From an uncultured virus (IMG/VR IMGVR_UViG_3300026116_000038) (taxonomy: Duplodnaviria; Heunggongvirae; Uroviricota; Caudoviricetes): a stretch of DNA of 20,000 bases. Of the stretch, positions 8,786 to 15,790 are shown one piece after another. Each line of letters opens with the position of its first letter. The stretch's first letter is position 1. A model generated the notes under the pieces. The model searched no databases and was not told where the DNA came from. It worked only from the letters and a program-made list of their open reading frames with translations. Both the position numbers and the translations under genes were made by a program. Where the stretch lies: the IMG/VR virus record IMGVR_UViG_3300026116_000038; one strand, 5' to 3'.

Positions 8786-9049
8786 ATGAAACATTTTGAA
8801 GATTTGTGGGTTGAATCAGAAGAATATACTAAATTATATTATAATGATCCTGTCAATTTAGTTATTGAAAAAGTAAAAATACAATTAGATAGTTTAATTA
8901 ATTGTAATGACCAAAATAAAAAAATAGAAATAATTGGAAAAATATTATTAGATATTTCATTTATTTCCCAAAAATTAAATATTGATGTTTATTCAGCATT
9001 AAAAAAAGAAATTGAAGAATTAAAAATTGAATTATTCGATCCGGAATGA
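8786..9049 (+). CDS. Degenerate MazG-like all-alpha NTP pyrophosphohydrolase fold protein
   Basis: EIIGKILLDISFISQKLNIDVYSALKKEIE resembles the MazG ELGDxL...LxxxLxID.ExAL helix pair; AAGGA SD. Confidence 0.5.
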   Translation: MKHFEDLWVESEEYTKLYYNDPVNLVIEKVKIQLDSLINCNDQNKKIEIIGKILLDISFISQKLNIDVYSALKKEIEELKIELFDPE

Positions 9050-9078
9050 TTGACATTTTAATTTAAATTACCTATATT
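9050..9078 (+). promoter_or_regulatory. sigma70 promoter, likely giving a leaderless transcript
   Basis: TTGACA-17 bp-TATATT; ATG 9085 follows 6 nt after the -10 box. Confidence 0.6.
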
Positions 9079-9084
9079 ACTGTA

Positions 9085-9261
9085 ATGATTAAGATTTTAG
9101 CATTTTTAATATGCTTTAGTTTTGTTAATTTATCTTTTGCAAATGATAAGGTTAATGAAACATTAGAAAAGAAAATAAAACCTAATATAGATAAGGAAAT
9201 ACCATCATCGTTATGTGATTCATCTAAAATAAATTGGAAAATTAAAAATTACCTAAAATGA
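9085..9261 (+). CDS. Small protein with N-terminal signal peptide (58 aa, not in the ORF track)
   Basis: MIKILAFLICFSFVNLSFA|NDKVNETLEKK...NYLK*. Confidence 0.55.
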   Translation: MIKILAFLICFSFVNLSFANDKVNETLEKKIKPNIDKEIPSSLCDSSKINWKIKNYLK

Positions 9262-9283
9262 ATAACTATTATAGTATATTTAT

Positions 9284-9547
9284 ATGAAAATTTTATTTTA
9301 TAATATAGTTGAAAATATTACAAAAAGTAAATTAACTCATGTTAAATTACAGTTAATTGATGCTACATTTACAAAAATATTAGATAATAATCCTAAATTA
9401 AAAATAGGAACTGCTTTAGAAGACAGTTCAGATAATATTTTTAGAGTAACAGGTTATTATGGAGATTATATCGTACTTCATTCCGATAAATTAGGTAAAC
9501 ATCCTGTAGGAAAATATTTATTCTGTAAACAAATTATAAATGTTTAA
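9284..9547 (+). CDS. Hypothetical protein
   Basis: 87-aa ORF overlapping the next start by 8 nt. Confidence 0.6.
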   Translation: MKILFYNIVENITKSKLTHVKLQLIDATFTKILDNNPKLKIGTALEDSSDNIFRVTGYYGDYIVLHSDKLGKHPVGKYLFCKQIINV

Positions 9548-9872
9548 AATTTTTTCAGAAACAGATAAACTAGGAACTATTTATTGGTATATAGAGGGCA
9601 CTTTCATACTTCATAGAGAAGATGGGCCTGCGGTTGAATGGTATACCGGGGATAAATTTTGGTATTTAAACGGAAAAACTCATAGAGTAGATGGACCGGC
9701 TATAGAATATGCCAATAGAATTAAAGTTTGGTGTCAAAATGACATGCGTCATAGGACAGATGGACCGGCTGTAGAATATAGTAATGGAGAAAACCAATAT
9801 TGGTTATATGGAATATATTACGAATATATTCGAACTAATGAAGAATGGATTATATTTCAGATAATTAATTAA
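9540..9872 (+). CDS. LHRxDGPA(I/V)E repeat protein, paralog 1 (three repeats)
   Basis: LHREDGPAVE, THRVDGPAIE, RHRTDGPAVE; ends TNEEWIIFQIIN. Confidence 0.85.
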   Translation: MFKIFSETDKLGTIYWYIEGTFILHREDGPAVEWYTGDKFWYLNGKTHRVDGPAIEYANRIKVWCQNDMRHRTDGPAVEYSNGENQYWLYGIYYEYIRTNEEWIIFQIIN

Positions 9873-9873
9873 T

Positions 9874-10143
9874 ATGAGTAAAGTATATTCAAAAATTGAT
9901 TCTAGTGGCAATATATCTTGGTATAGAGAAGGGACAAATTTTCTTCATAGAGAAGATGGACCCGCCATAGAATATTGGAATGGAGATAAAGAATGGTATC
10001 AAAACGGATATCTCTATAGACTAGATGGTTCAGCAGTAGAATATGCTAATAATTTTATGGATAACGAATATTATTTAAATGGACGATGATATCCAGATAT
10101 AAAAACGGATGAAGAATTTATTATATTTCAAATAATAAATTAA
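9874..10143 (+). pseudogene. LHRxDGPA repeat protein, paralog 2, interrupted by an in-frame TGA at 10087-10089
   Basis: NGR*YPDIKTDEEFIIFQIIN aligns with paralog 3 NGQWFSDIKTDEEWIIFQIIN; TAA at 10141-10143 abuts ATG 10145. Confidence 0.8.
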
Positions 10144-10144
10144 A

Positions 10145-10408
10145 ATGCTAAAAGTTTATTCAAAAATAGATGAATATGGAACTTTTTTTTGGTATAAAGA
10201 AAATACGGATATTCTTCATAGAGATGACGGTCCAGCTGTAGAGATGGGTGATGGATTTAAGTGTTGGCATCAACATGGTCATCTTCATAGAGTTGATGGT
10301 CCCGCAATAGAATGGCCGGATGGACACAAAGAATATTGGTTAAATGGACAATGGTTTTCAGATATTAAAACTGATGAAGAATGGATTATATTTCAAATAA
10401 TAAATTAA
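10145..10408 (+). CDS. LHRxDGPA repeat protein, paralog 3 (two repeats)
   Basis: LHRDDGPAVE, LHRVDGPAIE; ends TDEEWIIFQIIN. Confidence 0.85.
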   Translation: MLKVYSKIDEYGTFFWYKENTDILHRDDGPAVEMGDGFKCWHQHGHLHRVDGPAIEWPDGHKEYWLNGQWFSDIKTDEEWIIFQIIN

Positions 10409-10436
10409 ATTATGATTAATTAGAAATTATAATATA

Positions 10437-10703
10437 ATGAATATAATTCAATTATTCGGATGGATTGGAACAATTTTATTATCTGTTGCTTGTTTTCCAC
10501 AATTATATCAAGTAGTTAAAGCTAAAAATGCTATAGGATTACATTGGTATTATCTCATTTTAGTTTTAGTTGGAATGAGTTTAATGTTAATTTATGTTTT
10601 ATTTACAACATTTAATATACAATTAATATTAAGTTATACAATTCAATTATTAATATTTTCAATTATTATATATTATAAAAAGTATCCTAAAAATTTAATT
10701 TAA
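10437..10703 (+). CDS. PQ-loop / SemiSWEET-like three-helix membrane protein
   Basis: GWIGTILLSVACFPQLYQVVKAKNAIGL PQ-loop signature; three hydrophobic segments in 88 aa. Confidence 0.8.
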   Translation: MNIIQLFGWIGTILLSVACFPQLYQVVKAKNAIGLHWYYLILVLVGMSLMLIYVLFTTFNIQLILSYTIQLLIFSIIIYYKKYPKNLI

Positions 10704-11144
10704 AGCTTGTTGTAATAAATAACATGCTTCTTCGGATTTTGAATGAATACCCATTATCATATCATCTAATCCAAGAGTCATTTCATCTAATTTTTTAAGA
10801 TTTTCATATGTGATTTTAGATATATTTAAAAATTCTTTTTCTACTGCTAAAGAACGTTCTAAAATACCTAAATTATTAACTTTATTAATAATTTCATTGA
10901 CAATTTCGGCGTGCATCACTATATTTAAAGATGCAGGCCCAAATAATCCTATAGTTTTTTCAGCCGCTTTATCAGATGAATCTTGAGCTGATTCATATAA
11001 TCTTTCTAAGAGTAAATGATCTCCATAGAAAGATGAGCCTTTTGTTTGCCAATGCCCTGATTGATGTATAAAATATAAAGCTCTAAGATGGGCAATATAA
11101 GTATTCATTAATTTTAAAACAGGATCATTAGCGTATTTTTTCAT
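10695..11144 (-). CDS. Dps/ferritin-like protein
   Basis: HQSGHWQTKGSSFYGDHLLLERLYE...SDKAAEK matches the Dps HWNxxG..F...H..xE..Y....D..AER pattern. Confidence 0.82.
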   Translation of the reverse strand: MKKYANDPVLKLMNTYIAHLRALYFIHQSGHWQTKGSSFYGDHLLLERLYESAQDSSDKAAEKTIGLFGPASLNIVMHAEIVNEIINKVNNLGILERSLAVEKEFLNISKITYENLKKLDEMTLGLDDMIMGIHSKSEEACYLLQQALN

Positions 11145-11192
11145 ATCTCTATACGATATTATAGATATCAGTATTTAATTAAATTGGGTAAA

Positions 11193-11930
11193 ATGAAAAA
11201 AATTTTAGTACCAAATGATGTACAAATTGCAGTAATTGGTGATATTCATGAACATTCTGAGCAATTTTTTAAAATTTTAGATCAAATAAAACCTTCCAAA
11301 AATACTTGGATTGTATCATTAGGCGATGTGGGTGAAAAAGGTTTTGGTGAGAAAGAATTTAATTCTATTACTGATAAATTAATGGAATTATCATATCTAA
11401 ATATAGGATACGCTTGCCGTGGAAATCATGAAATTAAAATGATTAAACGCAATAAAAATGATTTATCCTGTCAACTTCAATGGTGGAAAAAACAACCTTT
11501 AAGTATTACATTTGAATTTGCATCAGGTGCATTATTAACTTGTTTACATGCCGGTGTTTTACCTTCAATGTCTTGGGAAAGTATTCAAAATAATACTGAA
11601 GTTGTATATATTAGAGATATTGATTCAAATTTACGAATGATTCCGTTAGTTTGGCAAGTAATTAACGGTGTAAAAACATTAATTCCTGCAAAACCTGATG
11701 GGAAAAGTTGGCATTCGTATTATGATGGTAGATTTGGTTATATTGCATCTGGCCACAATGCTCAAAAAGATGGAATTGCTAAATACTATAATTATTCATG
11801 CAATTTAGATTCAGCTGTTTTTGATACTGGAATTTTAACAGCTCAAATGTTTACTTCTGAAGGTAAATTAGGTGAACAAATTACTGTAACTGGTACACCG
11901 TTTAAGCCAAAATTAAACGTTAAGGAATAA
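11193..11930 (+). CDS. PPP/ApaH/PrpE-like metallophosphoesterase (similar to the Pnkp phosphatase domain)
   Basis: GDIHE, LGDVGEKG, GNHE, LHAG, SGHN and NLDSAVFDTGILTA motifs; ATG 11193 preferred over TTG 11184. Confidence 0.88.
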   Translation: MKKILVPNDVQIAVIGDIHEHSEQFFKILDQIKPSKNTWIVSLGDVGEKGFGEKEFNSITDKLMELSYLNIGYACRGNHEIKMIKRNKNDLSCQLQWWKKQPLSITFEFASGALLTCLHAGVLPSMSWESIQNNTEVVYIRDIDSNLRMIPLVWQVINGVKTLIPAKPDGKSWHSYYDGRFGYIASGHNAQKDGIAKYYNYSCNLDSAVFDTGILTAQMFTSEGKLGEQITVTGTPFKPKLNVKE

Positions 11931-11931
11931 T

Positions 11932-12147
11932 ATGTCTGAAAAACCAATATCACTTTCATTATATTGTTGTAATTGTGATTCTCTTATTGATGTAAAAGAG
12001 CAAGAATTAATGAAAGAAAATCCTCCAGAACATATAGTTAATTTTTTAATCAAACATAATAATTGTATATTAGAAGGATTTATTAATGGTCGTTCTATTG
12101 GCGGTATGAAAAATAAACTAAAAGACAATAACAATAATATAAATTAA
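11932..12147 (+). CDS. Small putative Zn-binding protein
   Basis: YCCNCD...FLIKHNNC; AAGGA SD; 1-nt gap from the previous gene. Confidence 0.7.
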   Translation: MSEKPISLSLYCCNCDSLIDVKEQELMKENPPEHIVNFLIKHNNCILEGFINGRSIGGMKNKLKDNNNNIN

Positions 12148-12149
12148 TT

Positions 12150-12530
12150 ATGAATAAGGAAAGTGATAAAATAATTGAAATAATTTTAAATTATTTAGAA
12201 AATAAATTTAGTCATTCATTTAAAATAAAAAAAGACAATGACTGGAATATCAATACTTATTGGTATCCTAAATTTTATTGTTTTTGTAAAAAATGTAATT
12301 ATAATTTATTTATATGTGTGAAGAATATTAATACTAAAAAACTAGGTAGTGAGGAATCATTCATTGATAATTATTGCAAAAATATTTTTATAAAAATCAA
12401 TGAAATTAAATTTATTATAAGGATCATAAATCATGATGGTAAAATTACCTCTAAAACAGTTAGAGAATACGATAATGAATCTGCATTATTAACCTGTAAT
12501 CAATATGTAATTCAAAAAATTATTGAATAA
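12150..12530 (+). CDS. H-x-F...CxxC...C protein with C-terminal IIxxIIE motif, paralog A
   Basis: HSF, YWYPKF, CKKCNY; ends LLTCNQYVIQKIIE. Confidence 0.8.
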   Translation: MNKESDKIIEIILNYLENKFSHSFKIKKDNDWNINTYWYPKFYCFCKKCNYNLFICVKNINTKKLGSEESFIDNYCKNIFIKINEIKFIIRIINHDGKITSKTVREYDNESALLTCNQYVIQKIIE

Positions 12531-12896
12531 ATGATAGAAAATATAATTAAAAATTATCTAGAAGATAAATTTCATCATTCTTTTCGTATGGAAAATAAAT
12601 CAGAGCGTTCAATTAGTGAATCTTATTGGTATCCTAAATTTGATTGTATTTGTAAAAAATGTAATTATACTATATTTATATGTGTAGTTAATATTGCTCT
12701 AGATATAGATTTAATTCAATTTGAAGATATAATTAATATTCATTGTAAACATAATTTAATAAATATTAATGATATTAAATTTATAATATGTAGTAGATAC
12801 AGTGAAAATGATAGATTGAAATCAATTCAACAATTTGATAAAGAATCCGATTTATTAACTTGTGAACAATATATTATTAAAACTATAGTTGAATAA
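12531..12896 (+). CDS. H-x-F...CxxC...C protein with C-terminal motif, paralog B
   Basis: Tandem paralog of 12150 (NYLExKFxHSF, YWYPKF, CKKCNY); ends LLTCEQYIIKTIVE. Confidence 0.8.
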   Translation: MIENIIKNYLEDKFHHSFRMENKSERSISESYWYPKFDCICKKCNYTIFICVVNIALDIDLIQFEDIINIHCKHNLININDIKFIICSRYSENDRLKSIQQFDKESDLLTCEQYIIKTIVE

Positions 12897-12897
12897 A

Positions 12898-13508
12898 ATG
12901 TTTAAAAAGATAATAAATAAATTTAAATTACCTTCACCCAAAGAATTAGGAAGAAGTGACTATAACGCATTACCAATGAGAAATTTTAATCATAATAATA
13001 TGTATACGTGGGAAGATTATTATGAAGAATTAAAAATAAAATATCCTATAAGGTATTTTATTTTTCATTTTTTAAAGAGAAAAATTGATCATAAAATTAT
13101 TAATCGATTATCAAGATTAAAATATTATATCATATATTAGATTTAAGAAATAAAGATAACGAATATGAATACGGGTATATTGATGCTGATTATAAAATAT
13201 TATATAGCTTAATGGCTATTTTAAATGAATTTATTCAAGCTCAAGATACAGCTAATAGAATAATTTATTTACAAAAGGAATTAACTTTAGATCCCGATTG
13301 TAAAAATTACAATTGGAACGAAAGTATCAAAATTTGCCAGGAATTATTAAATATCCAATATTGGTGGAATGTTGAACGTCCTAAAATAATAAAATTATCT
13401 TATAGTGATCCTATTTATGATTTCGATTTTACAAACAAAATTAGGCGAACAGATAATGAAATGATGAAAAAATTAATTGATTTACGTGAAATGATGTGGT
13501 TATCATGA
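12898..13508 (+). pseudogene. Hypothetical phage gene split by a frameshift near 13125-13135
   Basis: The first ORF ends KYYIIY*. The frame of ORF 13212 is open upstream as YHILDLRNKDNEYEYGYIDADYKILYSLMAILNEF, overlapping the end of the first ORF. Confidence 0.6.
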
Positions 13509-13795
13509 ATCGTCGTTTGGATTTATCACCATGACTTGGTTCTCCACCACTGATTATATCTTATACAGATTTACAACCATATAAATATGTTTATAGAGAT
13601 GATTGTGGGCAAAAACATGTTTGCTGGATTCACGGTCATTATATAGCTCCACCGAATGGATTATATAAATGTACTGAAGTTGAAAATATTTTAGTGTGTG
13701 AAGCTCCGTTTATTTATTATAAAAGTAATAATGGAAAATTTCCTATTCGTCATACTCACAATACTCGAAAAAATAAATGTAAAAAAATGAAATAA
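13505..13795 (+). pseudogene. 96-codon Cys/His-containing ORF with an in-frame TGA at codon 10
   Basis: ATGA-coupled start; MNRRLDLSP*LGSPPLIISYTDLQPYKYVYRDDCGQKHVCWIHGH...KCKKMK* fills the gap up to ORF 13803. Confidence 0.6.
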
Positions 13796-13802
13796 AAATA
13801 AA

Positions 13803-13982
13803 ATGTTTATAAATAATATAATATCAATAATACGTTTTTATAAAATATTTATTGGCACCTGGATAATCGGCACCTGGATAATTGTAGGAGTTTTAGGATA
13901 TTTTATATTCGTTAGACCTGAACGACTTAGGCGTAATAATTTAAATTTAAAGAAAAATTCTAATGAAAGTGATTTAAAATGA
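13803..13982 (+). CDS. Small single-TM membrane protein (59 aa, not in the ORF track)
   Basis: IFIGTWIIGTWIIVGVLGYFIFVRPERLRR; ATGA overlap with ORF 13979. Confidence 0.6.
   Translation: MFINNIISIIRFYKIFIGTWIIGTWIIVGVLGYFIFVRPERLRRNNLNLKKNSNESDLK
13854..13882 (+). repeat. In-frame tandem duplication with 15-bp period
   Basis: GGCACCTGGATAAT-C-GGCACCTGGATAAT, encoding GTWII twice. Confidence 0.9.
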
Positions 13983-14245
13983 TTGGACGATTTTTATGTT
14001 TTCTTGGATGCCATAAATGGTCTATGGGTTTTGGAAATATTGCACTTTTTTGCGATCGATGTAATCAAAAACTCTCTTGGCCTTCACCTAAATATGACGC
14101 AGAGCCAGCTCACATGCGCTGTTTAGTATGTAATAAACATCGTAATACAATAAATACCGTGGGTCATGATTTTGAATTTGATATTCGAAGATGGATTTGT
14201 TCGAAAAAATGTCATAATCAAATTAATAATATTCCTATTCTATAA
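13979..14245 (+). CDS. Cys-rich Zn-binding protein with DUF1660-like N-terminus
   Basis: FLCFLGCHKW...CDRC...CLVC...CSKKC. Confidence 0.65.
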   Translation: MIGRFLCFLGCHKWSMGFGNIALFCDRCNQKLSWPSPKYDAEPAHMRCLVCNKHRNTINTVGHDFEFDIRRWICSKKCHNQINNIPIL

Positions 14246-15107
14246 CCGAATCTATTACTTCTATTATTTTTTCTAAGGATAATTTACTTCTTGTACCATC
14301 TAAATGCCTTGGACTACCGCCAATACTACTAGAACCACCCCAACCTTCTTCTAATTCATTTAATTTTTCATACATTTTAATTAAGTTAAAATTACTAACA
14401 AAATCGCTCTTTTTTGCCAAAGAAACTGCTAAACTATCATTTTCTAACGGTCTAACTAGTACAATTTTATTGAATCCAGCAGCATAAAGTGTAGAATAAA
14501 TGTGCGGATTATCTGATTGAACTACAACATAATCATTTTGATTTCTTAATATTTTATATTCTGAATTAATTTCTTGTTTAGCTATTTCTAAACCAGCTTC
14601 TCCGTCAACATATTGATCAATTCTTCGCAAGGTAGCTTCAAGAATGTATTTTAAATTACCATTAGATATTTTTTCATAATTAGACTTATCGGATTTAAAG
14701 TCAATTTCTACCGCACTAACCCATTCTACCGTTTTTGTCATACCGTTTATGCATATAGCTCCTGCATGAGCATCAGCAACGCCTATAGCATTAATTAATT
14801 TAATTACTAATGGTTCCTTTACTCTATCTGGATTTTGAAGAATCCAAACAGTCATAGCTACATCGATATCACAATCATTTAAATAAAATGTAAATTTACT
14901 AGGATCTAAACCAAGTAAAACTGCTACGCGCGCTTGCTCACATGCAGCAAGTGTGCAATATCGTAAACATCCGGCATGATGATCAAAGGAAAATTTATTA
15001 TTTTCAGCATCAATTTGTGGTCCAGAAACTGCTCCATCAATTGCAATAGAATAACTCGGTAGCTCATTTAATTCCCAAACTCGTCCACGTTCAATTATAA
15101 TATTCAT
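14235..15107 (-). CDS. DHH-phosphoesterase-like protein with permuted motif order
   Basis: IDG, FDHH, NDCDID, VADAHAG and C-terminal WGGSSSIGGSPR; DHH precedes the DxD motif. Confidence 0.65.
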   Translation of the reverse strand: MNIIIERGRVWELNELPSYSIAIDGAVSGPQIDAENNKFSFDHHAGCLRYCTLAACEQARVAVLLGLDPSKFTFYLNDCDIDVAMTVWILQNPDRVKEPLVIKLINAIGVADAHAGAICINGMTKTVEWVSAVEIDFKSDKSNYEKISNGNLKYILEATLRRIDQYVDGEAGLEIAKQEINSEYKILRNQNDYVVVQSDNPHIYSTLYAAGFNKIVLVRPLENDSLAVSLAKKSDFVSNFNLIKMYEKLNELEEGWGGSSSIGGSPRHLDGTRSKLSLEKIIEVIDSVIE

Positions 15108-15223
15108 TGTAAGTACCAGTTCCTTTTAAAACAAAAAGCAGGAACGGCTTAATTTTTAATTGCCATTGCTGCTTTAATAATATATCTGAGTAGGCCCAGA
15201 ATCAATTAAATAGTAAAAGCGGC

Positions 15224-15252
15224 TTGACATTTATCATATAAAATGCTAAACT
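15224..15252 (+). promoter_or_regulatory. Strong sigma70 promoter with extended -10
   Basis: TTGACA-17 bp-TAAACT with TGn; points into about 530 bp of non-coding DNA. Confidence 0.65.
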
Positions 15253-15253
15253 T

Positions 15254-15618
15254 AGATCTCGAATTGATGATAAATAATATTTTATTATATATAAATTTTA
15301 ATATTTAAATGTAAAAATCAAAAAATCGAGAAAGAAAAAAATTACAATTATTCGCGCGCGCTCCCGCCTGCGCTCCTGTGTACGCTCCCGCGCGCGTAAG
15401 ATCTTATATACTAGATCTAGTATATTAATATATTAAAGATCTAATATGTAAAATAAAACCATATATTAGTATGAGTTTACGAATACTAATATATAGCAGT
15501 TTTTGAATATTTAAATTAAATTTTAAAACACTAATATTAAAATTAATAAAATCAAGTTATATTAAATAATTATAATCTAAAATCCAGATCTTGGATGAGT
15601 TTTGCGAATCCAAGATCT
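15254..15618. other. Structured non-coding region, candidate replication origin
   Basis: Six AGATCT sites (15254, 15399, 15413, 15437, 15586, 15613), a 20-bp palindrome at 15406-15425, two hairpins and AT-rich flanks, between divergent genes. Confidence 0.45.
15353..15396. repeat. GC-rich island with three imperfect 12-bp direct repeats
   Basis: cgctcccgcctg / cgctcctgtgta / cgctcccgcgcg (15359-15394), bounded by CGCGCG runs. Confidence 0.8.
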
Positions 15619-15790
15619 AGCAGAATTTTGAAAATACAAAACACAGTTGATCAAATTCTATTAGATTATTAATATCCAGACTCATAATTAAAGTTTATGT
15701 AAATAATAGAACTCAAATGAAGAACTAGTCATCCTGAATCTGAAAACGTTTTAAAACTGATTTAAAACGATCTTTGATTAAATAAAATAA

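Noticed and set aside
9540..10408. Diversity-generating retroelement or CRISPR-like array
   Set aside because: No reverse transcriptase or cas gene in the window; the repeats are coding paralogs and I saw no near-identical template/variable pair differing only at adenines.
11913..12134. Minus-strand 73-aa ORF
   Set aside because: Antisense to the better-supported + strand ORF 11932, which has an SD and tight packing.
15406..15436. Protelomerase (hairpin telomere) target site
   Set aside because: The palindromes are only 12-20 bp and no protelomerase gene is visible in the window.
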